The notes: generated by a model from the sequence alone, not told the origin. Numbered from the stretch's first letter, positions 9,722 to 20,062 are shown. The stretch is DNA of 32,000 nucleotides from Candidatus Kuenenia stuttgartensis (GCF_900232105.1 NZ_LT934425.1:2250001-2282000), one strand, 5' to 3'. Made by a program: numbers and translations.

Positions 9722-10336
9722 ATGGCATATAAATTCCTTGTAGATACTTATGAAACTGAACGTATTAAAACGCTCACCACCTGGAGTACGTTTAAAGATG
9801 ACGACTTAAAAAGACGCCCTCACCCGCAGGACAAAAGGGGAAGAAATGCACATGAGCATATGGTTCATCAATGCATGGGAGAGAATGTGTGGTTTTGCAA
9901 TATGCTTGGAATTGATGTAGGGGCTCTTCCATTACCATCAAATGAAACACGGCTGGAATTTATTAAATGCTATGCGAAAGATTCCGGGAAACGCCTGGAT
10001 GCATTGAGAGAAAAAGATAATGCATGGTGGGAGGAAGAAGTAAGCTTTTTTAATGTCAGGCGTTCACGCGCCTGGATTGTCACAAGGAGAATTGCCCATA
10101 CCGCTCACCATCGTGGGCAGATGACAATGCTGCTCAGAATTATAGGCAGGGAAATTTACAGTACGTATGGCCCAACTGCAGATACAGGAGGTTTAATGCA
10201 AAACAAGGCGGAAACAATATATCCATATCCAAGTATCGAAGCCTTGATTGAAGGAGAAACGGCTGGAGGCAATAATAAAGCTCCATTACCAGGGCCAGGT
10301 GACAAACCATGTACTGAACGGCCCGAAACAAAATAA
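9722..10336 (+). CDS. DinB-like family protein
   Basis: Helical-bundle protein with candidate His triad: NAHEHMVHQC and AHTAHHRGQM. ATG 9722 with upstream GGAG is a better start than TTG 9716. Confidence 0.75.
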   Translation: MAYKFLVDTYETERIKTLTTWSTFKDDDLKRRPHPQDKRGRNAHEHMVHQCMGENVWFCNMLGIDVGALPLPSNETRLEFIKCYAKDSGKRLDALREKDNAWWEEEVSFFNVRRSRAWIVTRRIAHTAHHRGQMTMLLRIIGREIYSTYGPTADTGGLMQNKAETIYPYPSIEALIEGETAGGNNKAPLPGPGDKPCTERPETK

Positions 10337-10879
10337 TTAAGGAACATGGCGTGGCAGGGTGGAAGCAGAATGGTTTAACCACATTGCGCTACATGATTTT
10401 TGGACTTTTGCAGACATTCCATACTTGCGGTTTGACAAATTAAAATCTCTAAAATTAAGTATGGTGTCCCCTGAATTATGCCAGTGAATTTCTTTCATAG
10501 TCTTTAAACACTGCGTAGACTACAAGGGGAAACATTGCAAATTGTTTTTTAGTAAAACACGATACAAAATGTTAAGGATTCTGAAGATTGAGCGGATTTC
10601 CACTATGCACAAACCGCTCATCTTTAATATGCTGCTGTAGAAAGAAAATGGGAAAATACACAGGGAAGAGTTTATTATGAAGCTAGGGAGAAAAGCAGGT
10701 AGAATATTAAGCGTCTTTGGAGTTTAGCGAGGCCATGTCATTTTGAAAGATTTGACCTCCGGTGTCCTTGCTAAAAATAGTGCCGAGGTTGACCTTGCAG
10801 AGTAAATTGATATGAAGCAGCCTTTGGCAAGTTCAGAGAATTATTGAGGGAATACAAATCGTTATAAAACATATTGCAA

Positions 10880-11719
10880 TTATTTTTTAAGGAATACGAG
10901 CCGTATTCTATCAACTATTTTCTTCCATTTTTCGTCTGTGAAGAAACGTCTTTTTTCTTTAATTTTTTGCATATTTTCTGTTGTAATTTTCACAGTAGCA
11001 TCAGAGGCGCCGGAAATGGGTGATTTGTTTTTTTTCCTTTCTGCAGGTTTTCCAATGGATTCTTTTCTGTTCTTGTCATCTACGTAAGCTATTATGCGAA
11101 ATTGCCCTGCTTTCAGCATGTCGGTGGTGCATCCAAATGCAAAATTTGATGGTGAAAAAGAAGACGAATTAACTGTTTTTTTCAGTTTTCTTAATCCTTC
11201 TTCAACAAAAGGAATAATGATTGTGCCGGAGGGAGTTTGCGATTCCGGCAGAACTTCCATGCTTTCGGTTTGAGGCTGGGGCGGGACTCTATCAGGAATC
11301 AGACTTTCCAGAGTGTAGGACGCAGATGGGTTATTTACCAGATTATCTGCTTTCCGGAAATTTATATCGGTCCAGGGATTAAGCACCCCTGTGTAATTGT
11401 CTACTATCTCTGGCATTTTTTTCCATAAAATTTTCCTGTGAATACGACCTGTGCAAATGCCCTCCAGGGAATAAATGTCCCTGCCGAATTCATCTTTGAA
11501 CATACTGCTTTGAAGGGTAAAAAGCACAGTAGTTTCCGGAAAATTTATGCAAAAAAGCGGTTTAAGCGGGGCTTTTGCGTATGCGAAACGATATTTTTTA
11601 AAAAAATCAATAAAGCGTTCAAGCAGGTGTGTCTCTTTAGAAGAAAGTAAAGGAGACGTAACAATCCACCGGTAGTCAGCAGTCAAAGTCCTCGAATATA
11701 TGAATCGTTCCACATTCAC
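10880..11719 (-). CDS. Unknown protein coupled to an upstream GTPase (candidate GTPase-associated partner)
   Basis: 279 aa. Globular N-terminus with DEFGRDIYSLEGICTG, followed by a Pro/Ser-rich linker and basic tail. Start overlaps the GTPase stop (ATGA-type). Confidence 0.6.
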   Translation of the reverse strand: MNVERFIYSRTLTADYRWIVTSPLLSSKETHLLERFIDFFKKYRFAYAKAPLKPLFCINFPETTVLFTLQSSMFKDEFGRDIYSLEGICTGRIHRKILWKKMPEIVDNYTGVLNPWTDINFRKADNLVNNPSASYTLESLIPDRVPPQPQTESMEVLPESQTPSGTIIIPFVEEGLRKLKKTVNSSSFSPSNFAFGCTTDMLKAGQFRIIAYVDDKNRKESIGKPAERKKNKSPISGASDATVKITTENMQKIKEKRRFFTDEKWKKIVDRIRLVFLKK

Positions 11720-12798
11720 GCAAAAAGCCTTACCCTTTTCCTGGTATAATCCATAAGTGTATCTATATGGCTTTCAAACTTAAGCAAGGATTCTTCGTCT
11801 CTCTTTTTCTTTTCCGAGGACTTGCGGGCGATTTCAGCAGCGCTTGGCCTGCCGCGTAAAAATGACCAGATTGAGTTTAATGTCCCGGCATCCTGAAGCA
11901 CCTGCTCTATGGTTTTTTGATAATCAGATATAGATTCCTTTGCCGCATTTTTCATTTGCAACAAGGAAAAGCCAAGACAAAAATAAAGAACATATTCCGT
12001 GTTAAACGGTTGGGGCAGTCCTATAATTTTGTCTTCCGCTAAAAAAGGGATATCCATAGGGCTATCCGAATCGGTTTTCGGGGTAATTTTTCTTTCTACA
12101 TTTTCTTCACCAATAACAGAAACCGGCAGGATACCGCCATTCCAGTTGCTGTTATTCCGGCAAAGTTTCACCACCGGGTCAAATACTTCCATTCCCTTAT
12201 CAAGGAGTTGTTTATAATCTTCTTCCTTCCAGCAGGAATCAACAGAATCGGCCTTGGTAAGAACAATTAAGATGTTCAATTTTCTGTTGGGGTATATTCT
12301 GTCAAACCTGTTCATTATCAGATTAATAATCTTAGCACCGGAAAAATGTCTGATTTCATCAATTCTGGTAAAATGAGTAAGATGATAAGCATCTGCAACA
12401 ATCACCACCACATTGCTTTCGATTAAGTGAAAAAACAGCGCTTCCAGTTCTTTTTCATCTCTATGTGCAGGTTTAAAAATATGTGATAAAAGCCCTCCTC
12501 TGAAGTCCACCCATTCTATATTTGTAATTTTATGGTTTGTTAGGTATTCGATTGCAAATGGATATACGGTGGTTTTATTCGTTCCGAGAGGCCAGTAACC
12601 TGCATGCTCTACGGTATTTTCCATAAAATCAACCAGTACATCAACTTCTTCATTAAAAGACGCCAATTCATCATCATTTTTTAGCCTTGGGATCAAAGCA
12701 TAATCATGGTCTGCGTTTCCCGGCGCCAGGGTGGAGGCCATTCCGTGCATGAGAGTGGTTTTACCGGACCCTGAGTATCCTAACATGGTAATTTTCAT
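11716..12798 (-). CDS. P-loop GTPase resembling the TRAFAC / Double-GTPase-like group
   Basis: Walker A GYSGSGKTTL, WPLGTNKTTVYPF, G3-like IEWVDFRGG, G4-like TKAD. Confidence 0.75.
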   Translation of the reverse strand: MKITMLGYSGSGKTTLMHGMASTLAPGNADHDYALIPRLKNDDELASFNEEVDVLVDFMENTVEHAGYWPLGTNKTTVYPFAIEYLTNHKITNIEWVDFRGGLLSHIFKPAHRDEKELEALFFHLIESNVVVIVADAYHLTHFTRIDEIRHFSGAKIINLIMNRFDRIYPNRKLNILIVLTKADSVDSCWKEEDYKQLLDKGMEVFDPVVKLCRNNSNWNGGILPVSVIGEENVERKITPKTDSDSPMDIPFLAEDKIIGLPQPFNTEYVLYFCLGFSLLQMKNAAKESISDYQKTIEQVLQDAGTLNSIWSFLRGRPSAAEIARKSSEKKKRDEESLLKFESHIDTLMDYTRKRVRLFA

Positions 12799-13173
12799 TG
12801 CATCTTTCCTAAATAAAACAAGCCTGAAATATAAATCAACATAATACCATAATGTTAGTCAATATATTTTGGTATTTCAATTAATTTCCACAATCGAGGA
12901 ACAATCATACCTCCGAAGATATACTCAACAGGCTCATAATGTGTGAATTCAACGCTGACAGTGTGAAGACGCATTACTGAAAAAAAATATTGAGAACAAA
13001 TTCTAATATTGAATATCGAAATACGAAACAAATCCTAAATTCAAATGCTTTGAATGTTCAAAACATTTGTCATTGCGGGGAGTGGAGCGACTAAGCTTCG
13101 GGCTGGATGAGGATTGAAACCCCCAAGTTTTTCTATAATCATAATTATCCCTTCGGGGTTCTCCTTTTTTCCC

Positions 13174-13202
13174 GGAATTTTTCAAAAAACTAAAGCGTTA
13201 CA
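13174..13202 (+). repeat. Copy B of the dispersed repeat
   Basis: GGAATTTTTCAAAAAACTAAAGCGTTACA. Confidence 0.75.
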
Positions 13203-13370
13203 ATACAAATGATTTCTTACAATCCTCAAGGATATGCGATTCAAACAAACTAAATCGTGATTTATTGAGCTATATTTTATAAAATATGAGTTAATATAAT
13301 GATTAAATGTGTAATATGATCGAACAAATAAGGTTTATGAAATCAGAAATATACCAAAAGGAGGTGAATT

Positions 13371-14504
13371 ATGTCGCTTTTTTTAAAACGCATGTCTTTT
13401 GTTACAGGCTTTATGCTTTTGTATTTTATTTCCTTAAATGCATATCTTTTCGCGCAGCAAGATGATAAACAGGTGCACAAAGCGGCAATTTTTGTGGAAA
13501 ACAGGGCAGGACGCCAGTTTGATAATAAGATTGCAGTATTTGAGGATTTTATTACCAGCCGTGTTGCTGAAAAGGGGTTTAACGTCATTAGCCGTGAAGT
13601 GGTAACAGACAGTTTGAAAACCTACTCCCCAGGTGCGGCAAAAGAAAACAGACTGGATACACTTCTCAGTAACAATACATCCGCACTAAGGCTGGCACAA
13701 ATGATGAATGCCGACTATCTTATTGCCGCATCGATAAGTTCCTTTGGAACAGAAAAGAAAAAGTTTAAAGGATATGGCGTCGAAACAGTTAATTTAGTCA
13801 CCAATCTGCGTGCCAGCTACAAAATACTGGAAGGTTTACAAGGTAGCACCCTGGTTGCGGATACAATTATGGCAAGCAAATCTGAGCGGTTTACCGAAAG
13901 GAGTACGGTTGAAGATGATGACATGATGAATATGCTGCTGGATGAGTCGGCATACAGGATTGCAGAAAGTTTGGGGAGCAAGCATATTGCCCCGCCTCCG
14001 CCAAAGCCTGATTTTGTGGAAATCACCATTGCCTGCGGCATGCAAGACCTTGTGCAACTTCCGGTAAGTGTGCCTGACGTCCTGGTAAAGGAAGACAAGA
14101 CTATGGTTGTAGTGCAAAACAGCAACCTTGAAGTGCAGGTATTGGATGTAACCGTAGAACTCAACGGCGTTGTTATTGGCGCTGCACCTGGCGTTTTTAA
14201 AGCGCCACCCGGGTTAAACAAGATCCGGCTTACCCGTGAGGGATTCAGGGACTGGGAAAGAACAATTAATGTTTATAACGTACAAAGGTTGAAGGTGGCA
14301 TTGCAGATGAATGAAGCTGGCTATGCAAGGTGGAAGGATAATACCGCTTTTCTTCAGCATTTGAAAAACGGCGAAAAATTAACGGATGCCAATGTTGAAT
14401 TAATAAAGGGAGGTGCGCAGATGTTACGGCAAAGCGGATTCAAGATTGACGTAAAGGCAGATGTAGCCAAGGAAATAAACTCCATCTTCGAATTGTTCTG
14501 GTAG
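13371..14504 (+). CDS. Secreted/periplasmic protein with CsgG-like N-terminal region and PEGA-like domain
   Basis: N-terminal signal sequence. KAAIFVENRAGRQFDNKIAVFEDFITSRVAEKGFNVISRE resembles CsgG/LpoB-type folds; VELNGVVIGAAPGVFKAPPGLNKIRLTREGFRDWERTINV resembles PEGA. Confidence 0.7.
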   Translation: MSLFLKRMSFVTGFMLLYFISLNAYLFAQQDDKQVHKAAIFVENRAGRQFDNKIAVFEDFITSRVAEKGFNVISREVVTDSLKTYSPGAAKENRLDTLLSNNTSALRLAQMMNADYLIAASISSFGTEKKKFKGYGVETVNLVTNLRASYKILEGLQGSTLVADTIMASKSERFTERSTVEDDDMMNMLLDESAYRIAESLGSKHIAPPPPKPDFVEITIACGMQDLVQLPVSVPDVLVKEDKTMVVVQNSNLEVQVLDVTVELNGVVIGAAPGVFKAPPGLNKIRLTREGFRDWERTINVYNVQRLKVALQMNEAGYARWKDNTAFLQHLKNGEKLTDANVELIKGGAQMLRQSGFKIDVKADVAKEINSIFELFW

Positions 14505-14527
14505 CACGGAAAACCAGGAAGAAACAC

Positions 14528-14660
14528 TTTTGTAACACTTTGGTATTTTGAAAAATCTCAATAATAGCGGTGTTTGCCGCATAGTGTAGGGGCGAAGCGT
14601 TTACCGTAAATTGCAATAAATGCGTTCATACCCGAACGGGCAAATGCTTCGCCCTACTTT
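14528..14660 (+). repeat. Composite repeat: copy C of the 24-bp motif plus a GTAGGGGCGAAG...CTTCGCCCTAC foldback
   Basis: GTAACACTTTGGTATTTTGAAAAAT followed by 'aataatagcggtgtttgccgcatagtgtaggggcgaagc...'. Near-identical to 28045-28171. Confidence 0.8.
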
Positions 14661-14679
14661 ACAAGAAAGGCAGGTGTGT

Positions 14680-15582
14680 ATGAAAAAACCGACCATGATG
14701 AAAATACTTTTTTTAGGATGTGCGCTGGCGTTTTTGATGCAAACAAGGGCGTTTGCAGAAAGAGAAACAATGGGTATTGCATCCGTTAGACCGACACAAG
14801 CTATAATAGCTGGCGCTAACAGGAGTGGAAGTAGGCTTTCTTTAGACCGCGTGATGCAATCTATGAACGGGCAATTGGCAGACCGCATTAACGCAACCAG
14901 AAAATTTCAGATAGTTGCCCGTAATGATCTTGACGATATTGTTAAAGAACAGGAGTTTGCACATTCCGGAAATGTTTCCGCGGATGACAGCACCGCTGCG
15001 AAACAATTTAAGATTTCAGGGATAAAGTATTTACTCGTTGCAACAATTGATGATTTTCAGGATTATAACGAGCTTGCAACATTTAAGAAAACAGGAAGAA
15101 CCGCTACGAAACGGGTTATCAGGCTTTCATGTATCGGCAAAATATATGACACCACTACCGGCAAATTGCTGGAATCTGCCAATTTTCAGATAAGCAATAA
15201 GGACATTTCTGAAAATAAAACCTATTCGACAAGGGATGGCGATCTCAATGAAGCGCTGTTAGTGGGAATTGCACGCAAAATGGCGGATAAAATTGCTCAA
15301 AGGATGACAGATGTGATTTTCCCTCCAAAAGTACTAAGTAAAAGAGATAACCGGATTACTATTAACCGGGGAGATGAAACTGATATTGCTTCAGGTCAGA
15401 TATGGGACATCTTTGCAGTGGGGGATGAATTGATTGATCCCGATACAAACGAATCCCTCGGCAGGGAAGAAATCCTGGTTGGCAAGGTGAAAATTGTTAA
15501 TATACTCCCGAAGGTATCGACGGCTGAGATTATAGAAGATCACGGGATTGATAAAGGGGCAATAGTGAGAAAAGCGCAGTAA
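14680..15582 (+). CDS. CsgG-like / curli-assembly-type secreted protein
   Basis: Signal peptide. SLDRVMQSMNGQLADRINATRKFQIVARNDLDDIVKEQEF and AKQFKISGIKYLLVATIDDFQD are typical of the CsgG/FlgT/LpoB superfamily. Confidence 0.75.
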   Translation: MKKPTMMKILFLGCALAFLMQTRAFAERETMGIASVRPTQAIIAGANRSGSRLSLDRVMQSMNGQLADRINATRKFQIVARNDLDDIVKEQEFAHSGNVSADDSTAAKQFKISGIKYLLVATIDDFQDYNELATFKKTGRTATKRVIRLSCIGKIYDTTTGKLLESANFQISNKDISENKTYSTRDGDLNEALLVGIARKMADKIAQRMTDVIFPPKVLSKRDNRITINRGDETDIASGQIWDIFAVGDELIDPDTNESLGREEILVGKVKIVNILPKVSTAEIIEDHGIDKGAIVRKAQ

Positions 15583-15752
15583 AATTTAGGCAGTAGGCAG
15601 TCTGCAATCGGCAAATTGCGGATTGCAGATTTCCATGCGGGTTGATGTTAAGGTAGAGACGCATTGCATGCGTCTCTACAAAAATATTGAAAATGCCTAA
15701 ACATTAAATTGGGTGAATTGCCTTAACATAATTTTATGACAAATTTGCTGGT

Positions 15753-17318
15753 ATGAGACACAAGAGAGAAACTATATGGCATCACATTTTATTGAGTATG
15801 ACGGTATCGATGTTGTTATGTGCCGGATGCGCCAGTTACAATATGCAAACACAGAGGATAAACCAAAAGTGGAAATCCGGCAATTTCCATGAGGCGGCAG
15901 CGTTAATATCAGAACAGGCAGAAAAAAAAGGTGAATCAAAGGACGCTGTTGTGTGGAGATTGGAGCAGGGGGCAGTCCTGCGAACTGCAGGGAAATACGA
16001 AGAAAGCAACAAGGCATTTGATCTGGCGGAAGAGCTTATTGATAAGTATGAGGATAAGGCAAAGGTAAAAGTTGCCCGCGAGACGTTAGCAACTGTCACT
16101 AACCTTGCAATGCTGCCTTATGAAGGTTTTGCGTATGACAAAATTATGATGAATACCTACAAAGCGCTTAATTATCTTCAACTGGCAGAGTATGAAAAGG
16201 CGCGTGTCGAACTTTACCGCGCACATCAACGACAGGAAGATGCTGTCTATATAAATTCAGCCCGAATTGAAAAAGCGCAGGAAGAAGGGAAAAAGCAAAA
16301 CTACAATATTAATCTTGCCCAAATTAATAGTGACAGTAAATTTAAGCAACAATATGAAAATAATTTTTCAGACCTTGAGCGGTTTAAAGCCCTTGAGCTT
16401 TATGTCAACCCTCTTACTGTTTATCTCGATGCCCTCTATTTTATGGCGCAGGCAACAAGCAGTTCAGACCTGGAGCGATCACTGAAATCATTTGAACGGG
16501 TGCGTAGCATGATTGGAGAAAATGCATATATCAATCAGGATATTGAAATGGTGAGACAAAGAATGATCGGGCAACCACTGCAGGCTACCACCTATGTTAT
16601 CTTTGAAACAGGGCAAGCGCCGGCAAGGGATAGCATTCGTATTGATTTGCCGCTTTTTTTCATAATGCCTGGCCTTCCTTACTTTGGTGCGGCGATTCCT
16701 AAACTTGTATATAATAATGATTTTATCTCCTCTCTGAACATTTCACATGACGGTCTGACAGAGCCGGCAATGTTGTTGTCAAGCATGGATGCCGTTATTG
16801 CGCAGGATTTTAAAAATGAATTATCTCTCATAGTTACTAAAACACTTATTGCTTCTGCAATAAAGGCTGGTGCAGCATATGGCGCATACACAGGCGTAAC
16901 GGGCGGCAACCAAAAAAATACAACGGCAGGGCTTGTCGTGATGTTTGCGGCATTCGTATATCAGGCGGCAATGAATCAGGCTGATATAAGGACATGGCAG
17001 ACCCTGCCTAAGGAATTTCATTTTTGCCGCTTTCCTACACCGGTTGACCGGAAAATTGAACTGGAACAACCGTATTCGGGTTTCAAATTACCGGTAACAA
17101 TAGATGATGGTATAATGAATGTGGTATGGGTTAAATCCATAAGCAGGAATAGTCCTTTTACGGTTGCCCAATTCAGGCTAAAAGATAGTCCGGAAGGGAT
17201 AAACCTGCCGGTAAGGCGCCCAGAACCGGTAGTTGCGGCTACAGATGCTAAGGCCTTTTCCGCAGAACAAGATGTTCAAAAAGAGAAAAATACAGAGACA
17301 AAACATGAAATGCCGTAA
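15753..17318 (+). CDS. COG3014-like lipoprotein
   Basis: Lipobox LLCAGC, TPR-like helices (AAALISEQAEKKG...AVLRTAGKYEESNKAFDLAEEL), VYLDALYFMAQ. Gene neighbourhood matches. Confidence 0.7.
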   Translation: MRHKRETIWHHILLSMTVSMLLCAGCASYNMQTQRINQKWKSGNFHEAAALISEQAEKKGESKDAVVWRLEQGAVLRTAGKYEESNKAFDLAEELIDKYEDKAKVKVARETLATVTNLAMLPYEGFAYDKIMMNTYKALNYLQLAEYEKARVELYRAHQRQEDAVYINSARIEKAQEEGKKQNYNINLAQINSDSKFKQQYENNFSDLERFKALELYVNPLTVYLDALYFMAQATSSSDLERSLKSFERVRSMIGENAYINQDIEMVRQRMIGQPLQATTYVIFETGQAPARDSIRIDLPLFFIMPGLPYFGAAIPKLVYNNDFISSLNISHDGLTEPAMLLSSMDAVIAQDFKNELSLIVTKTLIASAIKAGAAYGAYTGVTGGNQKNTTAGLVVMFAAFVYQAAMNQADIRTWQTLPKEFHFCRFPTPVDRKIELEQPYSGFKLPVTIDDGIMNVVWVKSISRNSPFTVAQFRLKDSPEGINLPVRRPEPVVAATDAKAFSAEQDVQKEKNTETKHEMP

Positions 17319-17410
17319 CACTTTGGATTTTGAAAAAGTAGGGGCGAAGTATTTGTTGTAAATAGTCATGAAGGCGTTAATACCCAAACCGGCAAATGCT
17401 TCGCCCCTAC
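17315..17410 (+). repeat. Composite repeat: copy H of the 24-bp motif plus GTAGGGGCGAAG foldback
   Basis: GTAACACTTTGGATTTTGAAAAA then GTAGGGGCGAAGTATTTG...GGCAAATGCTTCGCCCCTAC. Supplies the TAA stop of the upstream ORF. Confidence 0.8.
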
Positions 17411-17462
17411 AAGGGAACAAGATTGAATGACCAGCAATTAAACAATTTATAAAGGAGGCAGC

Positions 17463-17891
17463 ATGAAAAATATTACACTATTATTAGCAGGGATGTTTAT
17501 TGGCATAACCTTTTTTTCTTCATGCACCACAGTTAACACCGTGGAGCGTGAAGAGCCTGTAGGAACAAAGCAGGTGGTTACTGACAAACGTGTTATTACC
17601 GATGCTACGCTTAATAAAAAGGTCAGCATCGTTGGATTGAACGAAGCCGTAACGCCGGGTGGATTTCTTCAACTGCAGATAGAAATACTTAACAGAAAAA
17701 ATTCCATGCAGGAATTTACTTACAAAATAGAATGGTTCGATGAGAATGGTATGCGTGTGGATACACCTGCATCTGTATGGGTTCCAAGACAAATAGAGGG
17801 GCAAGAGACACTTTCTATTACTGCGACAGCGCCGAAACAGACTGCGCGTGATTTTCGTGTGAAATTTATGGAAAACGTCAGGGATAATTAA
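17463..17891 (+). CDS. YcfL-like (DUF1425) lipoprotein
   Basis: Lipobox FFSSC and EFTYKIEWFDENGMRVDTP; adjacent to an LpoB-like gene. Confidence 0.8.
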   Translation: MKNITLLLAGMFIGITFFSSCTTVNTVEREEPVGTKQVVTDKRVITDATLNKKVSIVGLNEAVTPGGFLQLQIEILNRKNSMQEFTYKIEWFDENGMRVDTPASVWVPRQIEGQETLSITATAPKQTARDFRVKFMENVRDN

Positions 17892-17909
17892 GAGAAGAAA
17901 GGATACAAG

Positions 17910-18503
17910 ATGAAATTACCGTTAACCGTAGTTGTGTTGCCTGCAGTAGCATCTTTATTTTTTGCCGGTTGTTCTACCCATACAAGATATGTTGAGACCG
18001 GAGGCCCGCGTACCATCGTCACTACTGATATAAACATTCAGGACTTTTCGTATGCGGCGGAGGAAATGATTAATTCGCTTCTGGCGTCGGGTGCGTTGGA
18101 TACTGCACCAATCCAGCCGGCAATGCTTGCGATAAGCCGCATTACAAACAATACTACTCAACAGATTGATACTGACCTGTTAATAAAAAAGATCAGGGTT
18201 GCGCTGAATATAAGTGGAAAGGCGCTGACAACTACTACAATCGGATTGGGTGGCATAGCCGAAGACCCTCTGGCGCAAGGCATACAACAGGAGAAAGAAT
18301 TTTATAGCGACAAAACAGAGCCGCAGCGCATGCCGGATTTCTCGCTTTCAGGCAAGATCATTGAAAAACGTGAACGGCAAAATGACATAAGACAAGTAAC
18401 TTATACCTTTCAACTTTCCCTCACGAATAACGCAGGCCTTGCCGTATGGGAAGATGAAAAGGAACTCTCAAAACAAAGCAAAAAAGGCGTTATTGGATGG
18501 TAG
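17910..18503 (+). CDS. LpoB-like penicillin-binding-protein activator lipoprotein
   Basis: Lipobox FFAGC, DFSYAAEEMINSLLASG, PAMLAISRITNNTTQQIDTDLLIKKIRVALNISGKA. Confidence 0.88.
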   Translation: MKLPLTVVVLPAVASLFFAGCSTHTRYVETGGPRTIVTTDINIQDFSYAAEEMINSLLASGALDTAPIQPAMLAISRITNNTTQQIDTDLLIKKIRVALNISGKALTTTTIGLGGIAEDPLAQGIQQEKEFYSDKTEPQRMPDFSLSGKIIEKRERQNDIRQVTYTFQLSLTNNAGLAVWEDEKELSKQSKKGVIGW

Positions 18504-18573
18504 TTTTGCCTGCCGGAATTGTGCATAAATATGACTATCCTTGTGGGATGTGGATGGGATGTGTCCCCTATGC

Positions 18574-19920
18574 TTATATCTTGTATTTGTTGAGTTTATT
18601 GTAGAGACTTGCACGGGAGATTTTTAGTATTTTTGCGGTTTTTTCCTTATCGGCGTCATTGGCTTCTAATGTATTTATGATTATCTGGCGTTCGGTCTGT
18701 TCCAATAATTCCTGAAGCGGTTTTCCGGACAGGCCGGGGCGCGTCCCCATTTTTTCCTGATATAAGGGAACGTCTTCGGGGGTGATTCTGTTCTTTTTGC
18801 AGAGAATTACCGCGCGTTCAATTACATTTTCAAGTTCGCGGATGTTTCCGGGCCACGCATATGACGTGAGTATATTTAGTGTATCGCGGGAAAACCCTTC
18901 CACGGTTTTCCGGTTTTTCTTGTTGTGTATAGCTAGAAAATGGGCGGCAAGCAGAGGGATATCTTCTGTTCGTTCTCTTAATGGCGGTAGAAATATCCGT
19001 ATTACATTAAGCCGGTAAAACAGATCGCTGCGGAAAAGTCCCTTTTCAACGCAACCCTCAAGATCGGCATTCGTAGCGGCAATGATGCGCACATCAACTT
19101 TTATGGATTCATCGCTACCTACCGCTTCAAATTCACTATCCTGCAGGACTCTCAGCAGCTTTGCCTGAACGGCAAGGGAGATATTACCTATTTCATCAAG
19201 GAAGATAGTGCCATGGTCTGCTTTTCTGAAACGCCCAACCCGGTCTTTCGTCGCACCGGTAAAAGCGCCTTTTTCGTGTCCGAAAAGTTCGCTTTCCAGC
19301 AAGGTTTCCGTTAAAGAGGAACAATCTACCTTGACGAAGCGGTGGTTATTTCTGGCGCTGTTATAATGTATTGCCTTTGCCACCAGTTCTTTTCCGGTGC
19401 CCGTTTCGCCCTGGATGAGTATGTTTGCTTCCGTGCCTGAGACATGGGAGATAATATCGTATATTTTTTTAATTTTAGGGCTTTCTCCGATGATATTGCC
19501 AAAGGTGTATTTTTCTCCAAGTTCAGACCGTAATCGGTCTACCTCTCCTTCGAGGCGTTGCATTTGCAGTATTTTTTCTATCACCAGAACAAGTTCATCG
19601 CGTTTAAAAGGTTTTGTTATGTAATCAGACGCCCCGTGCTTCATTGCTTCTACGGCGCTTGAGACGGTGCCGTAACTGGTCATTACAATCACATCAATAG
19701 CGGAATTGATCTGTTTGATTTTTGAGAGCAGTTGTATGCCGTCCATTTCCGGCATAACAAAATCCGTGAGGACAATGGCATACTCCGGATCTTTTGAAAT
19801 CCTTTCTATGGCATCAGCGCCATTTGTAACGGCGTCCGCTGCATATCCTTTGCTTTTCAGGAGTTCCGTACACATTTCTCCCAATGCCGGGTCATCATCT
19901 ACCACTAATATTTTTTTCAG
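18574..19920 (-). CDS. Sigma-54-dependent NtrC-family response regulator (REC-AAA+-Fis)
   Basis: REC: DDDP, VLTDFVMPEMDG. AAA+: GETGTGKELVAKAIH, GAFTGA. C-terminal Fis-type HTH. Start extended to CTG at 19920..19918 (LKKILVVDDD); the track start is GTG at 19905. Confidence 0.93.
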   Translation of the reverse strand: MKKILVVDDDPALGEMCTELLKSKGYAADAVTNGADAIERISKDPEYAIVLTDFVMPEMDGIQLLSKIKQINSAIDVIVMTSYGTVSSAVEAMKHGASDYITKPFKRDELVLVIEKILQMQRLEGEVDRLRSELGEKYTFGNIIGESPKIKKIYDIISHVSGTEANILIQGETGTGKELVAKAIHYNSARNNHRFVKVDCSSLTETLLESELFGHEKGAFTGATKDRVGRFRKADHGTIFLDEIGNISLAVQAKLLRVLQDSEFEAVGSDESIKVDVRIIAATNADLEGCVEKGLFRSDLFYRLNVIRIFLPPLRERTEDIPLLAAHFLAIHNKKNRKTVEGFSRDTLNILTSYAWPGNIRELENVIERAVILCKKNRITPEDVPLYQEKMGTRPGLSGKPLQELLEQTERQIIINTLEANDADKEKTAKILKISRASLYNKLNKYKI

Positions 19921-20062
19921 AGTATGACTCCCTTATAAAAACCTACTACAGTTATTAGTTATTAGTCATTGGTCAACCGCCGACTGCCGACTGTAGATTG
20001 CCGACGGCAGAAGGGACAATTAAATCTTTTGCCAAAAAATGTAAAAAACAACTTTTAAGCTA

